A DNA stretch of 64,000 nt from Histomonas meleagridis 2922-C6/04-290x. Taxonomy: Eukaryota > Protista > Parabasalia. The position numbers were made by a program, and so were the translations under genes. Below the pieces are notes generated by a model. That model searched no databases and was not told where the DNA came from. It was given only the letters and a program-made list of their open reading frames with translations. The stretch covers positions 248,001-312,000 of the forward strand of contig JAANOX010000243.1 in assembly GCA_020184695.1 (NCBI GenBank), in the 5' to 3' direction. Numbering within the stretch: the stretch's first letter is position 1; each line of letters opens with the position of its first letter. Positions 34,001 to 45,708 of this stretch are shown here, piece after piece.

Positions 34001-34891
34001 AGAATCAGGAGCTACACCATTATATGAATTAATTTTATCATTTTCATTTAATGATTTTCCTGCTATAGTCCCTGATACATGTGTACCATGAGAATGATTT
34101 GACATATATTTTTTATATAATAATTCCTCAGTCTCAAAAAAATTATAATAATATGAAATCTTTCGATGATTTGTTATAAATTTATTAAAAATCATATTGA
34201 CTGAAGGATCGTAAAAATGTGAATGATAATAATCAATTGATTCATCAAGTAATGCAACTGATTGGTTTTTACCTGTAAGTCCTTTGGACTCAAGATATCG
34301 AGGTGCAATAATATTACCATGTGTATCTGTAATTAGATCAGCAGTATTCTTTTGTGTGAACCCTGATGCAATATTATTGGCTGATGTTGGTGGTTCATAT
34401 GAACTGATAAATTCAACTTCAGGTAATGAACTAAAATGTTTGGATGATTTGATGGGATCTTTGGTTTTAATAATGAGATGATCTTCTGAATAAGATATTA
34501 TTGTATAAAATGATTTATTCTTTGGTGAAATTTGATTAAATTCTCCTTTAACATATAATTGTTTAGAATTACTAATCTTAGTTATATTAATTAATTTGCT
34601 ATTTGGATCAATAGGTGTAAGGAGAGCTTCATTTTTTTGTAAAAACGAAATTTGTTTTGGTGTCAAATAAAGCTTATAAACATTTTTATACACAACACCC
34701 TTTTGTAAGTCAATTCCATGATCTTTTAGCTGATGAATATTTGGTGAATTCTGAAAATACACATAAGTCCATTGATTATTTGATGAAAGTACCGCCTTTT
34801 TATTTGGATCAAATGTTATATTTCCTCCTAAAGAGGTTGTAAAAATATGTGCATTGCTTGCTGTACATTTTGCTATGATAATTATAAACAT
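31064..34891 (-). CDS. Membrane-anchored subtilisin-like (S8) serine protease
   Basis: LDESID (Asp), HSHGTHVSGT (His), AAGNEG, GTSMATP (Ser), Cys-rich EGF-like segment, C-terminal TM followed by KRKKKK. Confidence 0.95.
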   Translation of the reverse strand: MFIIIIAKCTASNAHIFTTSLGGNITFDPNKKAVLSSNNQWTYVYFQNSPNIHQLKDHGIDLQKGVVYKNVYKLYLTPKQISFLQKNEALLTPIDPNSKLINITKISNSKQLYVKGEFNQISPKNKSFYTIISYSEDHLIIKTKDPIKSSKHFSSLPEVEFISSYEPPTSANNIASGFTQKNTADLITDTHGNIIAPRYLESKGLTGKNQSVALLDESIDYYHSHFYDPSVNMIFNKFITNHRKISYYYNFFETEELLYKKYMSNHSHGTHVSGTIAGKSLNENDKINSYNGVAPDSKLVYLGSFDINYNKLLSNISKLIEIIHVVKAHVFSNSWGYRDYNLFTQYLLDTIVYDSLINESCLIVFAAGNEGKDGVYTIRSPGVAKNVLTIGAASKVFDYQNFKFLVINEEGKEIEVIIPYQQPYSGNDFKIINMKYYLSNYSDFSLPKKSLKILYFNIDDLNKIKNEFTNVYPIIVSQLKNYSIYVIILDIKAEEYKNFSSYFSKIYPSRIFITNNPTVLKSDVGKYITINYTYDSLIGKQNSQISKSFYSSIGPTHFGVIKPDVMAPGSFVTSSKSKQIIDPNHGSKDDYLNNLFIADGTSMATPNAAGAAALISQYFDDCKYLNEKVNINSLLLKSLLITSASKSDGSYTPDNFVGHGLIDISTVLPFEDDNFGLRFSNIIKMSTGQMHHKGQIKITKNTTSLKIVLCSHDKPLSIESIIPIYFDLDLIVISPTKKIYIGNNRINDTEHYTLNEKIIIPTTELKIGEYEIHVISNIEITENISYIITTIGPFEQNDINSNPKFIEMQNTNKCISTKNSNGCNKGKLICKNGFTGQLCNIEFQEFPSYITSSSTILPENSEFIMQPNTLKFFKVSKYSNYDELLMVFFAYDIRNQYSFLWEMEQPGDYIPALSQNAYKCITSDKLFTNENMPITINASQENYFFISNNFPYNTTFFAAVLNKPNENDPLCFCNNNECSNKEICKLQNTYSTISVLYGIFYYCHDRVIYIDKDIEIPSTLLIIEKPTFELLKNNNTNSKHLVTFMNCVSSASTSNYYLSINNLRIKFAETSQVSSNIIPFEYLELKNITFEDNNNFILSIKNLITDYESFDSNMQITQSIKMNNSEISIKTIKIYNNSIDFINSNDQTKKINLVENLKIEFLVICNNTLINILNGENYSLSLPNNIQIIINFNGTVNSNYKIDESIKDKVTIIIEENENKHKKGLTTLQIVLIAVGSAVVVILIIVSIVTICIKRKKKKHEDIIIIYDIMRKALT

Positions 34892-35264
34892 GCTTATTGT
34901 GAATTAATTAATTTTATTTGAACGGTTGGTGTATTTGTATCGATTTTACGCTCAAATTTTGATTTAAACCTTTTATGGCTATACTTTCAGACAGATTTAT
35001 TGGAGACATAGCCAACCTTCAACTTTCGAATAATGATGAACGTATCAGTATTTTTTTTTAACACAAAAAGATGAATCATACAATTTTGACAAGAATAAAT
35101 ATTCAAAATTTTGAATAACTGACACAAATTCAGAATTGGCAAAATTAAATTTAATTTTTTACCCAATTACCGATAAGGGATAACAATCGAATATTTTTGA
35201 CTAGTTTATAATTTTTTGTTACAAAGAAAAGAAGAAAACTCACAACGCATAAAATAAAGATCCA

Positions 35265-36310
35265 TTAATAGTCATCAAAATATTGTGAAATTAATGCTGC
35301 AGCACCTGTAGCGTTTGGTGTTGCCATTGATGTTCCATCTGCAATAAATAAATTATTTAAATAATCATCTTTTGAACCATGATTAGGATCAATTATTTGT
35401 TTAGATTTAGAACTCGTTACGAATGAACCTGGTGCCATAACATCAGGTTTAATTACACCAAAATGTGTTGGACCTATTGAAGAATAAAATGATTTAGAAA
35501 TTTGTGAATTTTGTTTTCCTATAAGTGAATCATAAGTATAATTTATTGTAATATATTTCCCGACATCTGATTTAAGCACTGTTGGATTATTTGTTATAAA
35601 TATTCGAGAAGGATAAATTTTAGAAAAATATGAACTATAGTCATTAAATTCTTCACATTTTATATCAAAAACAAATCTAGAAATATCATAATTTTGTATT
35701 TGAGCTAATACTTCAGAAAAATCACTTTTAATTTTATTTAAATCATTAATATCAAAATATAAAAATTTCTTACTCATCTTTGGCATACTAAAGTCAGAAC
35801 AATTTGATAAATAAAATTTCATATTGACTATATTAAATTCATCAGCAGAATAAGGCTGTGGATCTTGTCTAAATACTTTTACTCGTTTTCCTTTCTTCAT
35901 TTGTAATAATGATTTTTAAAATTTTGATAATCGAAAACTTTGGATGCTGCGCCAACAGTTAAAACATTTTTTGAATTACCGGGTGAACGAATTGTATAAA
36001 ATCCATTTTTTCCTTCATTACCTGCACAAAAAAGTATCAAACAGCTTTCACCAACATTATCTTCATATATAATTTTATCAAATAAATATTGAAATTCTCG
36101 TATATCCAATGATGAAAAAGAACCCCATGAATTAGTAAAGATATGAACATTACCTGCTTGAATTATTTCAACTAATTTGCTTGTGTTTGCCATAAGTGCG
36201 TTAAAATTTTCATCAAATAAACCTAAATACATAAGTTTAGAGTCAGGAGCTACACCATTATATGAATTAATTTTATCATTTTCATTTAATGATTTTTTGA
36301 TCTCAAATTT
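35265..36310 (-). pseudogene. Partial tandem duplicate of the S8 protease catalytic domain
   Basis: Covers KSLNENDK to ISQYFDD only. No Asp/His region, one frameshift near 35900. Confidence 0.9.
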
Positions 36311-37044
36311 TGTGTGGGTAGTCATTGATTTGAATAGCTATTGCTTGCCAGACGGTTATGCCAAAAAAGTGAGTTCAGTCAATGTGAAGTAACTTAACGT
36401 CTTTGAATTATCCCGGGTCAATCCGAAAACAAAAATGCATAGGTCTAACCCCAACCGAAGCCCTGTGACCAGCTTACCTCATGTTTTTAATAATTTCTTT
36501 TGTTTCTGAAAATTATAATTTTACATGCTTTTTTTATCAATAATTATTTTTAAAAAAAATTACATATATGCTGATCAAAGTATATCAAACTAGAATGATC
36601 ATATTTTCTGTAAAATAAACACACTAACTAATTTTCTAACCGAATATTTTTCTATTATACTCTTATCTTTTTTATAATTTTATATCTATATCGCAATTAG
36701 AACATAAATAAAATGAAGAAGATAAGATCGGATTCTCTTAATGAGGTTTTAAACATTTATAAATTACCTAATTTTTAAAATTCAATTTATATTCTACCTA
36801 ATAAATGTAACTTTTACATTTTTTATTTATTTTACACATCATAAGATAAGTAAACAAACAATTTCATTCAAATTCTTTAGTTTTTCCATACAGTTTTCTT
36901 GTGTTAAAAAATAAAACAAATTCAATTTTCTTTCTTTGCTTTTTTCGGTTATTTAAATTGAAATACTCTAGGAAAAAGGTCCTTATGAATATCCCAAAGG
37001 ACATAATCAACTTTTTGATATCAGTGAGTATTTTTCAAGAAATA

Positions 37045-37590
37045 ATGTCGAAAAGTCTAAAACTTGTTGTTGTAGGAGATGGAGCTGTTGGAAAAACATG
37101 TTTACTTGTTGTATATGCAAGAGGAACATTTCCTACCGAATATGTACCTACTGTATTTGAAAATTATAAAGCAAAAGTTAAAGTTAATGGCTCTGAATAT
37201 ACAATTCTTCTCTGGGATACTGCTGGCCAGGAAGAACTTGAAAATATAAGAACACTTTCTTATGCAAATACGGATATTTTTTTACTCTGTTTTTCGATTA
37301 TTGATAGAGCTTCATTTGATAATATTCGAAACAAATGGTTTGAAGAAGTTAAAATTCATACAAGGAAACCAGTTTTCTTACTAGTTGGTACTAAATCTGA
37401 CTTACGAAAGTCAAAGCCTAATGATCAATGTGTATCAAAAGAAGAAGCTTTGTTGATGGCAAAACAAATTCAAGCATTTGATTATCTTGAATGTTCAGCT
37501 CTTTTAAATGAAGGGGTTAAAGAAGTTTTTGATAATGCTATTGTTAAAGCAATTTTTCCAGATAAAGAAGTTTGCTGTACCATTTTCTAA
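37045..37590 (+). CDS. Rho/Rac-family small GTPase (181 aa)
   Basis: GDGAVGKT, YVPTVFENY, LWDTAGQE, VGTKSDL, ECSA, C-terminal CaaX (CTIF). ATG at 37045. Confidence 0.96.
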   Translation: MSKSLKLVVVGDGAVGKTCLLVVYARGTFPTEYVPTVFENYKAKVKVNGSEYTILLWDTAGQEELENIRTLSYANTDIFLLCFSIIDRASFDNIRNKWFEEVKIHTRKPVFLLVGTKSDLRKSKPNDQCVSKEEALLMAKQIQAFDYLECSALLNEGVKEVFDNAIVKAIFPDKEVCCTIF

Positions 37591-38218
37591 AAGCAATAGA
37601 ATATAAAACTTCTAGTTATACTCTATCTACAAATAAAAAATCTCAGTCTCATTGGAATTTTTACCAGAAACTCATGACTTTTTTAATACTTTACATAACA
37701 GAATGAGCTTTCTCCAGCTGGATTTCTGATAAAAAATTGTATTTGAAAAAAGCGGTTATAAAGAAAAACATTTCTGACAATTTTTTTTAAATTTTCACAA
37801 AAAATGAATTTTTTCCATTTAAAGATCAAATCTCAAATATATCCACAATGCACGGAATAATAGATGAGAAGGACATTATTTTTTAATGTTTAGATGAATC
37901 TAAAAGCTCGGTTGTTAATAGTTTTTATCATGTGCTTCGACAAGACGATCATGGCAGTTCAAACTACAATATTTTGAATGGTGCTAAAATCTGTTTTTCA
38001 ATACCCCGAGAAAACGGTTTTTTGTTGAGGTTCATTGGATTTTGGCTACCCAACCTAAAGTAAATTTAGCGTACAATCCCTCCATTAATAGTAGCCATTA
38101 CAATCAAGGGCATTATCCAGCTTCCCATAATAAGCGTGTTGATAAGAATTTTTCTGGACATAAATCCAAAACGATAAAAATTCAAAATCCCAAAAAAAAT
38201 TCGTCTAATAAGAAATAC

Positions 38219-41200
38219 ATGTCTTTGCCCTCTTTTCAAGATAGAGAAATCCAAAAACAAAGAAAAAGTTTAGAATTTAAAATAAAATTATCTTCCCAAC
38301 TCATTAATTCCTATGAGTTTCTTTGCAAAGAAATCTCTGCTGATAGTGATAGCGATAATGAAAAGTCTAATCCAGAACTCCCTAAGCTTCAAACACAATC
38401 AGAAAAATACATATTTACAGTACCTAAAAAAGTAACAGCAGACCCTCTTACGAGTAGCGCAAGCATTCTTCCTCCTATTTCAATCACACGCATCAAAAAA
38501 CTCCCAAACGAAGATTCTTCTCTATATATATCTCGAGCTAATCAAAGCACGACACAACAAATCAAATCTCTTATTGAAAAATGTTTCGGCACAACTGATC
38601 TTCAAGCCATTCAATCCATTTATAACGAGCAACAATCTATCCATCATTCTCTTACTAAGGAATCGGAATCGGCCAAATATGAATTGAAAAATCTTCTTGA
38701 GCGAAAACAAATCGTACAAAACGAAATTAAAGAAACAGATTTATCACATCATAATAACCTTCGCTTATTAACACATTCCCAACATCTTCTTCAAGAACTA
38801 TTAACCACCAAAGAATCCATACAAAATGAAATATATGAAATCCATCGATTAAATAAAACAATCAATGAACGTCTTAATAACATATTTGAAATGCTACAAA
38901 TCAACACAAATAATCTTACGCAAGAAGAAAAGATCAACATCGCAATTGAGTATATCGAAAACACAGCAAATTCTCCAATCAAATTGAAGCAACAAATGTC
39001 TAAGAAAGTGAGTTTTTTATTTTCATCTCGAAATTCATTTTTTAATATCTCCGATGCGAACTCATTAACATCAGATATTACTTCTGTTCCCGGTGTCCCA
39101 TTATTGTCGATGCATTCTATAAGTCATGGCTCTGATTTTGTTCCATGTTCACGAAGTTCACGAAGAGTATTTTCATCATTTAGTTCGATGTCAACATTTA
39201 GTTTGAATAGTAATCGTTCTACAGAAGAAGACATGCCAATAGTTGGGAAACTATTAGGCAATTTATTCATTGAAAGATATTCCAATCATTTTATTAAGTA
39301 TAACAAAGAAGTAAAAATATTTGATAAGAAGATAACACCAAAAGAAATGGAAATTAATGGCGTAAAAGATGATACGAAAGAAATAATGTATACAATTGTC
39401 GATAATTATCAAAAGAATCAAAACAATTTACATTTGTTACAATTGGAATATTTCGAAATTAAGAAAACAAATTCATCCGAAGAATTTTTAGAGTTTATAT
39501 CGAAACGAAATCATTTATTCCAATTATTATTAAGTGATAACTTTAATTATAATATATTCCATCATATGATATTATCATTGTTCAATGAAAATGAGACATC
39601 AGCTTGTTGGATACTTAGAGATTTCTTATTGTTACAAAGCCAAAATTACAAAACTGAAATTCCGATTTTTTTTGGCGAAGTACAAAATTTTTTTATGAAT
39701 AGAATAGGAACTATTACATCATCAATAGAATTAAAAAATACTATACCATTCATTGCATGGTGTGGGTTATTTGAAACGTTTTTGGATTTGGTTAATGACT
39801 CAGAACAATTACATAATTCGATTTCACAAATTTTTCCCGCAAATTTTTCGACGGTTATAAACGTTTTGAATTCAAATTTCACTTCACAAATTTCGAGGTT
39901 CGGTTTTGTTTCTATTTTAAAAATCGGATTTTATTTTCCAAGTTTATTTAAGGATTGGTTTTTGTTTAATAATATTTCATCAATAATTATTCGATATGTT
40001 CGACAAAACATATGTTTTCCGACATGTGTTAAATCAGGAATAAATTTTTTTACTGTTTCTTATCATTTCTTGGAAGAAGATATGATGATGTTTTATACTT
40101 CTTTTATATTCCATAATTTAATCATAACAATTTCACGATTAGAAATCCCAATAAATATTTTGGAGTCGTTGCTATCGTCGATAATTTCAATTGTAGCTAA
40201 TCGTCACAACTATACAACGACGCAACTTTTGAATTTGAATTTTTTACAATTCCTATCGTTCAACATTGAACTTGAATATTTGATAACAAAAACCGCTCCA
40301 AAAAACAAGTCACAAACCGCCAACGATAGCTCAACGAAACCTTATATACCATTATTAGATTTAAACATACAAAACAATGAAACAAAAGAAAATGAACTTG
40401 ATTATGAAAAAGAAAAATCAAAATATCCAATTTATATAACGAAAACAATTCATATTAAATTTATTCAATTACTTTTTGCTACATTAATTAGTCATAGCTT
40501 TCATCGATTGGATCATTTCTTTTGTGACGAATTCCCATATGCAAATCGGAAACTAAATATATTATATACATTAATGAAACATATGGAAAATGAAAACAAT
40601 CAATACATAGTTAATGATTTATTAAATGATTTTACAATGAACAAAAACAATAAACAAAATGTTATCAATAATTCAATAAATCAAATAGAAGTAATATCAA
40701 ATAACGAAGAAGAGGATGAGTTCCCCGAACTATTTACTTCTGTTTCTTTGGACCATAAACAGTTGGAGCGTTATCTTTCAATTCCCAATTTCATACCAAA
40801 TATCAAAATGGAAGAATTCAATATAAAGAATAATAACAAGTTAAACGACTCAAATTTGTTCCAGGATTATTCAAGGCTTTTAAAGTTGACAGTTCCGAAA
40901 CTTTTCGATCCCAATAAATATTCAAATGGAACATTCATAGGTTCTGGTGCTTTTGGCGCTGTAATGAACGTGACTTTGAATGGTGACTCACTCGCAGTCA
41001 AAGTTTTGGATAAATCGAAAAACGAATTTGATAATCCTCATTTGATCGAAGTATATACTGAAGTCTCGGTCTTGGAAATCTGTAAAGGAGATAGAAGGGT
41101 TACGCAGTTGTATGACTATGGTTGTACTGATACAAGTTATTATGTTGTTATGGAATATTACCCATTAACTTTAAAATCTTGGAGAAAGTCTTTGGATAGT

Positions 41201-41800
41201 AACAACTTGCCAATTAATACCATTTTGAGGGTTTATAGAGAGTTTTTATATACAGCTACTGTTTTAATTGATTACCAAATTAATCACTTCGATTTAAAAT
41301 GTGATAATATAATGTTGGACAATAACGGAACCCCGGCCATTGCTGACTTCGGTGAATCAGTCCAATATAATAACGAAGAAAATAGTTTTATTACTTTAAA
41401 TAGAGGAACAGAATGGATAAAACCACCGGAAATGCTCTCAATTGCATTGAATTCATCAGCGGCAAATCCAAATTTCGATCGAACAAGAAAAATTGGCGTT
41501 GGACCTGAAGGTGACGTTTGGTCTATAGGATGTTTATTTTATGAACTGCTGACTGATGAGTTTTTGTTTATAGATACAGATTGGTGTAGGTTTTATTTAA
41601 GGATATCTGACGAAAAAGAAGAATTGTTAACAAAACAGAATTTGGAGGCTTTACCAAATGACCAAAGGTTTGCTTCTTTTTTAAGATTCGTGTTACAAAG
41701 AGATTATAGAAGAAGACCGAATTTGAATCAAGTGATTGCAAAATTTGATGAAATGTTTCCTGACGTTCAAAAGGAAGATCTCCCAAAAATCAATTCATAA
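38219..41800 (+). CDS. Large protein with coiled-coil and helical regions and a C-terminal Ser/Thr kinase
   Basis: GSGAFG, AVK, HFDLKCDN, ADFG, GTEWIKPPE, DVWSIG. First in-frame ATG at 38219; the frame is open from 38042. Confidence 0.9.
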   Translation: MSLPSFQDREIQKQRKSLEFKIKLSSQLINSYEFLCKEISADSDSDNEKSNPELPKLQTQSEKYIFTVPKKVTADPLTSSASILPPISITRIKKLPNEDSSLYISRANQSTTQQIKSLIEKCFGTTDLQAIQSIYNEQQSIHHSLTKESESAKYELKNLLERKQIVQNEIKETDLSHHNNLRLLTHSQHLLQELLTTKESIQNEIYEIHRLNKTINERLNNIFEMLQINTNNLTQEEKINIAIEYIENTANSPIKLKQQMSKKVSFLFSSRNSFFNISDANSLTSDITSVPGVPLLSMHSISHGSDFVPCSRSSRRVFSSFSSMSTFSLNSNRSTEEDMPIVGKLLGNLFIERYSNHFIKYNKEVKIFDKKITPKEMEINGVKDDTKEIMYTIVDNYQKNQNNLHLLQLEYFEIKKTNSSEEFLEFISKRNHLFQLLLSDNFNYNIFHHMILSLFNENETSACWILRDFLLLQSQNYKTEIPIFFGEVQNFFMNRIGTITSSIELKNTIPFIAWCGLFETFLDLVNDSEQLHNSISQIFPANFSTVINVLNSNFTSQISRFGFVSILKIGFYFPSLFKDWFLFNNISSIIIRYVRQNICFPTCVKSGINFFTVSYHFLEEDMMMFYTSFIFHNLIITISRLEIPINILESLLSSIISIVANRHNYTTTQLLNLNFLQFLSFNIELEYLITKTAPKNKSQTANDSSTKPYIPLLDLNIQNNETKENELDYEKEKSKYPIYITKTIHIKFIQLLFATLISHSFHRLDHFFCDEFPYANRKLNILYTLMKHMENENNQYIVNDLLNDFTMNKNNKQNVINNSINQIEVISNNEEEDEFPELFTSVSLDHKQLERYLSIPNFIPNIKMEEFNIKNNNKLNDSNLFQDYSRLLKLTVPKLFDPNKYSNGTFIGSGAFGAVMNVTLNGDSLAVKVLDKSKNEFDNPHLIEVYTEVSVLEICKGDRRVTQLYDYGCTDTSYYVVMEYYPLTLKSWRKSLDSNNLPINTILRVYREFLYTATVLIDYQINHFDLKCDNIMLDNNGTPAIADFGESVQYNNEENSFITLNRGTEWIKPPEMLSIALNSSAANPNFDRTRKIGVGPEGDVWSIGCLFYELLTDEFLFIDTDWCRFYLRISDEKEELLTKQNLEALPNDQRFASFLRFVLQRDYRRRPNLNQVIAKFDEMFPDVQKEDLPKINS

Positions 41801-42193
41801 CTTGTTAATATGTAATTAATAAAAATCCATGTCTTATACATCTTCGATGTCTTTATGCGTTTTTACTTTTTTGTGGAATATAAATAATATTTTGTACTTT
41901 CTTACAGTAAAAAATTATAATGACTAAAATATGTGATTTTAAAAAACTAGAGTGAATAACATTCAAAAATTTATTATGATCTAATAAAATATAAAATTTA
42001 TTTAGGATACGCCTTTTTCTTAAAATTTTATTCGTTTTTGTATAAATTTCTTTTTTAAATTTTCATGAGTTATGAAGAAAGTCAGTATAAGCTAAAAAAA
42101 AAAAAAAATAGGAAAGAATGTCATAATATTTTTTCACAATATTCCAGGAAATTGTGAGAAAAAAAGAGTCAATTTTAATTTACAAGAGAAAAA

Positions 42194-44470
42194 ATGTGCG
42201 AAAATGCTGTTTTTCTCAGAAATGTAATTGTAGGCTGTACAGAAACTGACATATGGAATTTATTTAATGTGTTTGGAATTGTTAAAAGAATCAAGATCTT
42301 TAGTCAAAAATTTCAAAATTATGAATATCCAATTGGATATGCAATGGTTCAATTCGAAGATAAAGAAGGAAAAGAAAAGTGTTTACATGCAGGAAATCAT
42401 ATATCATTTAAAAACAGTCTTTTTCATATTCACGATTCCAAACCCTCCACAAGATTAAAATTCAGCATTTTTGTCTTTTTTTCCAACGAAAGCACAACAC
42501 GTGATTATCTTCTTGAATGTTTTTCTGATATCAAACCTATAGATGTTGCAATCAAAATGAAAGTAAGCACAGAACATTTAGGCTTTGCCATCATTGATTT
42601 TCCTACAACCGAAGCACAAGAGTTAGCTCTTTCTTACAGCGACGAATTACCATTCAAAGTTGTTAAACCAAATGATAATTTATTAGATCTCCGTACAGAA
42701 GATTATCTTCCATGTAGTATTGACTTTCAACCACCACCTTCCAATGCTTTATATGAAACTGATCTTTATGAAACCTTTTTAAATCTCGAATTAATTCATT
42801 GTGAAACACCATATAAAGTGAATAACTTCCTTGCCAGCATTTATTCCAGTAAGATCCAGCAACTTCAACTTTCTAATCCTCTTCTTAGTCGAGTTGAAAT
42901 CAAAATTGATATTCAAGGACCTTTTGATTTGATTGCCAGTGCACTTCTTGGGCAAAAAATTGAAATCGATAGTGAAAACGCGCATTTTCTCTTTTTAATG
43001 GCTTCATACTTAGGGATGGATGAGTTAGTATATGCTTGTTCAATTCCTTTATCATTACAACTTGATGACGATTCTTCACTTTCACTTTATAATGAGCTTT
43101 CTAAGTATGGGATTGAATTATCTGAAGGCCCACATATAAACTATTTAGCACAAAATATTGATAATATGATATTTAATGAATCCTTCACATCCTTACCAAT
43201 ACAGCTCATAGCATCTGTACTCCATTGCCCCACCCTTCATACCGAGGACATCAATCAACTCAACGAATGGCTTTACGAGTTCGTTTACAACGACATTTTG
43301 AATAGAGACCGTTTACTCCAATTTATTGATTTTGAATGCGCGCCGAAGAAAAGCGCATACACTGTTGTACGTGATGAACGTGTCAATACGAACTTAGTCC
43401 GTCATCCAATCTTAAAATTAATGGCCAAAGGAACAGACGTTTCGAAAGGCGAGTATGAAATTATTCAATGCCATTATACAAAAGAAAATCCGAACTTTGG
43501 AATTTTTGCACACTTATGCGCACATTGTAGTGGCAATCCACAAGACTTTAATTTCATCAATGTAACATCGAATACTATTGTTCAAAATATCTTAAATCCT
43601 GATTTTAATAATTATTGGGCATCACCAGATATACCAAACTCATGGCTCTGCATAGACTTTAAGGAGTTTGAGATCATTCCTACCGGCTACGTCATTAAGA
43701 CATTGGTCTCTGATGTGAAATTACCATTCTTAACATCTTGGAGATTAGAAGGTTCACTTGATGGCCACAGCTTTGAAACTCTCGATGAAAAGCGCAACGC
43801 CACTGCAAGTTCTGAGAAACGTGAATTGCCTCCAACACCTATTAACCCGAGTAAGAATCGATATCGATTCATCCGCATCACACATATCGACAAAAATGGA
43901 TATGGAAACTTCTGTATGTACATTCGTGGGATAGAATTTTTCGGTCGTATCATTAAATTTAATGAAGATATCGAATATACTAAACAAGGGAACGAATGGA
44001 ATGGAATTATTGCAAGGATTACTCGTTTGGTACAAGGTAATCCTGTTGAAAAAGGTAAAATGGAAATTACGACCTCTTCAGATCCTAAGTATCTAGTAGA
44101 AAGTAATTGGGAAGGATGTTGGAGATCTCCAAAAGTACCGAATTCGTATGTTAAAATCGATATGATGGCGATGAAAGTGAAGTTTGATAGATATGCATTG
44201 AAGACTCATTATGGAAGAGCATTTATTAAGTCATGGAAAGTGGAAGTATCGAATGATGACAGAAGATATATCACAGTGGCAGACGTCAAAAATAGTGATA
44301 AGTATACTGAGCCCCTGCAAACGTTGGTGTGGGATGTTGATAAGCAAAAGATGACAGAACCGTTTAGATTTGTCAAGATTACAATGACAGATTCCTCTCA
44401 AAATAAGAACGATTACATATTTTGGCTGTCGCATATCGAATTGTATGGCGACTTATATAGACCTCTTTAA
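42194..44470 (+). CDS. RRM + BTB/BACK-like + two F5/8 type C (discoidin) domain protein
   Basis: RNP1-like IGYAMVQFED and LGFAIIDFPT; WLCIDFKEFEIIPTGY, SWRLEGSLDG, YRFIRITH; second copy SWKVEVSND, FRFVKIT. Confidence 0.8.
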   Translation: MCENAVFLRNVIVGCTETDIWNLFNVFGIVKRIKIFSQKFQNYEYPIGYAMVQFEDKEGKEKCLHAGNHISFKNSLFHIHDSKPSTRLKFSIFVFFSNESTTRDYLLECFSDIKPIDVAIKMKVSTEHLGFAIIDFPTTEAQELALSYSDELPFKVVKPNDNLLDLRTEDYLPCSIDFQPPPSNALYETDLYETFLNLELIHCETPYKVNNFLASIYSSKIQQLQLSNPLLSRVEIKIDIQGPFDLIASALLGQKIEIDSENAHFLFLMASYLGMDELVYACSIPLSLQLDDDSSLSLYNELSKYGIELSEGPHINYLAQNIDNMIFNESFTSLPIQLIASVLHCPTLHTEDINQLNEWLYEFVYNDILNRDRLLQFIDFECAPKKSAYTVVRDERVNTNLVRHPILKLMAKGTDVSKGEYEIIQCHYTKENPNFGIFAHLCAHCSGNPQDFNFINVTSNTIVQNILNPDFNNYWASPDIPNSWLCIDFKEFEIIPTGYVIKTLVSDVKLPFLTSWRLEGSLDGHSFETLDEKRNATASSEKRELPPTPINPSKNRYRFIRITHIDKNGYGNFCMYIRGIEFFGRIIKFNEDIEYTKQGNEWNGIIARITRLVQGNPVEKGKMEITTSSDPKYLVESNWEGCWRSPKVPNSYVKIDMMAMKVKFDRYALKTHYGRAFIKSWKVEVSNDDRRYITVADVKNSDKYTEPLQTLVWDVDKQKMTEPFRFVKITMTDSSQNKNDYIFWLSHIELYGDLYRPL

Positions 44471-45708
44471 AATTCGAATTTTTATTAAAAATTAAATAGG
44501 ACATGTTTTTTTTAAAGGAAAATAACAATTTACTTGCACAACAAATAGTCGTATAAAGAACAAAATCGACATTCTGATGATGAATGTCACCCTATCCATT
44601 ATCAAAGAAGTCATTTGGTTGAATGCTGCGTCACATCATTCATGTATCTATCGATAAAAAGTTTATTTGTTGCGTTCAATATGAAAATGGTGCTAATATT
44701 AGCTAATATTCAGTCAACCAGTGATTGTTTTGAAGATCAAAGTGTACGCTTGCTTCCAAGGAAAAGTTTGGAATTCGGTGGTGGCTCTAGACACATGTGA
44801 ACAATTATACCGAGTTCTATATTTTAAAAGAAAACAAGTAATTGATAACTCATAATAATCCCCAAATGACAGGTAAAAAAAAATAATTCGAATTCTGATT
44901 TGACATTGTGAAGTGTTTTTCGGGCGGCCGTTTATTATTAACGTACAATCTTTCACGAATAAAGCGAATTAAAACGAACGTTGTGAGGTATGAAAGAACT
45001 AGAGTGTACTAACTGCTTTGCAAAACAAACGTAATATAATCAATTTGTTTTTATAGAATTAGATTTTTTCTGATCGAAATATATGTATTCGAATACATGT
45101 TAAAACAATTTGAGAACCTGTGTACAAAAATTATTACAGGTCATAAAAATATCAAATAATATTGTATAACGAATCGAAAGAATCAAATAACATTAAAATT
45201 AATATTGGTGTTAATAACAAGTTTCAAAAGGGTTCAGGTTGTTTAACATATATGTGATATTCTTGCTGTACCTTTTTCTATTATCGTAATAGTCATTTCT
45301 GAAACTTTGTTAATTTGTTACAGCTATTAACTTACGAGGATCTGCATAATTTCCCCTCTATAACCGCTATGAAATTTGAATAATGTGTTTAGTAAACCTC
45401 ACATTATGCAGCAGTTCTTTTAATATAAAACGTTGTAAAATCCATGATGTAAAGTATTCAAAAAACATCGAACGTTTATTTAACCTGTCAAGTTTTTTCA
45501 AAAAGTTCTTGTAGTAAAGAAATAGCGGGTGTAAGTTTCAAATAGCGGTTATATCGTTAAAAGAGTGTTGTTTTAGACTGAAATTCAAATTTTCTCACAA
45601 AAACCAAGGTTTCAATCATTCAAAATTGGTAGAAAAAAATGACAGAAAGACCATTTAAGTGACGGTGGCGAAAATTGAAAACGTAAAATCTTATTAACCT
45701 CATTTCTT

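Noticed and set aside
36901-37044. 48-aa N-terminal extension of the Rho GTPase
   Set aside because: It starts at GTG and is AT-rich and low-complexity. The ATG at 37045 gives a normal-sized GTPase.
45544-45551. AGCGGTTA as a trichomonad M3-type promoter element
   Set aside because: Short, about 160 nt from the ATG, and also found in unrelated places, so it cannot be supported without TSS data.
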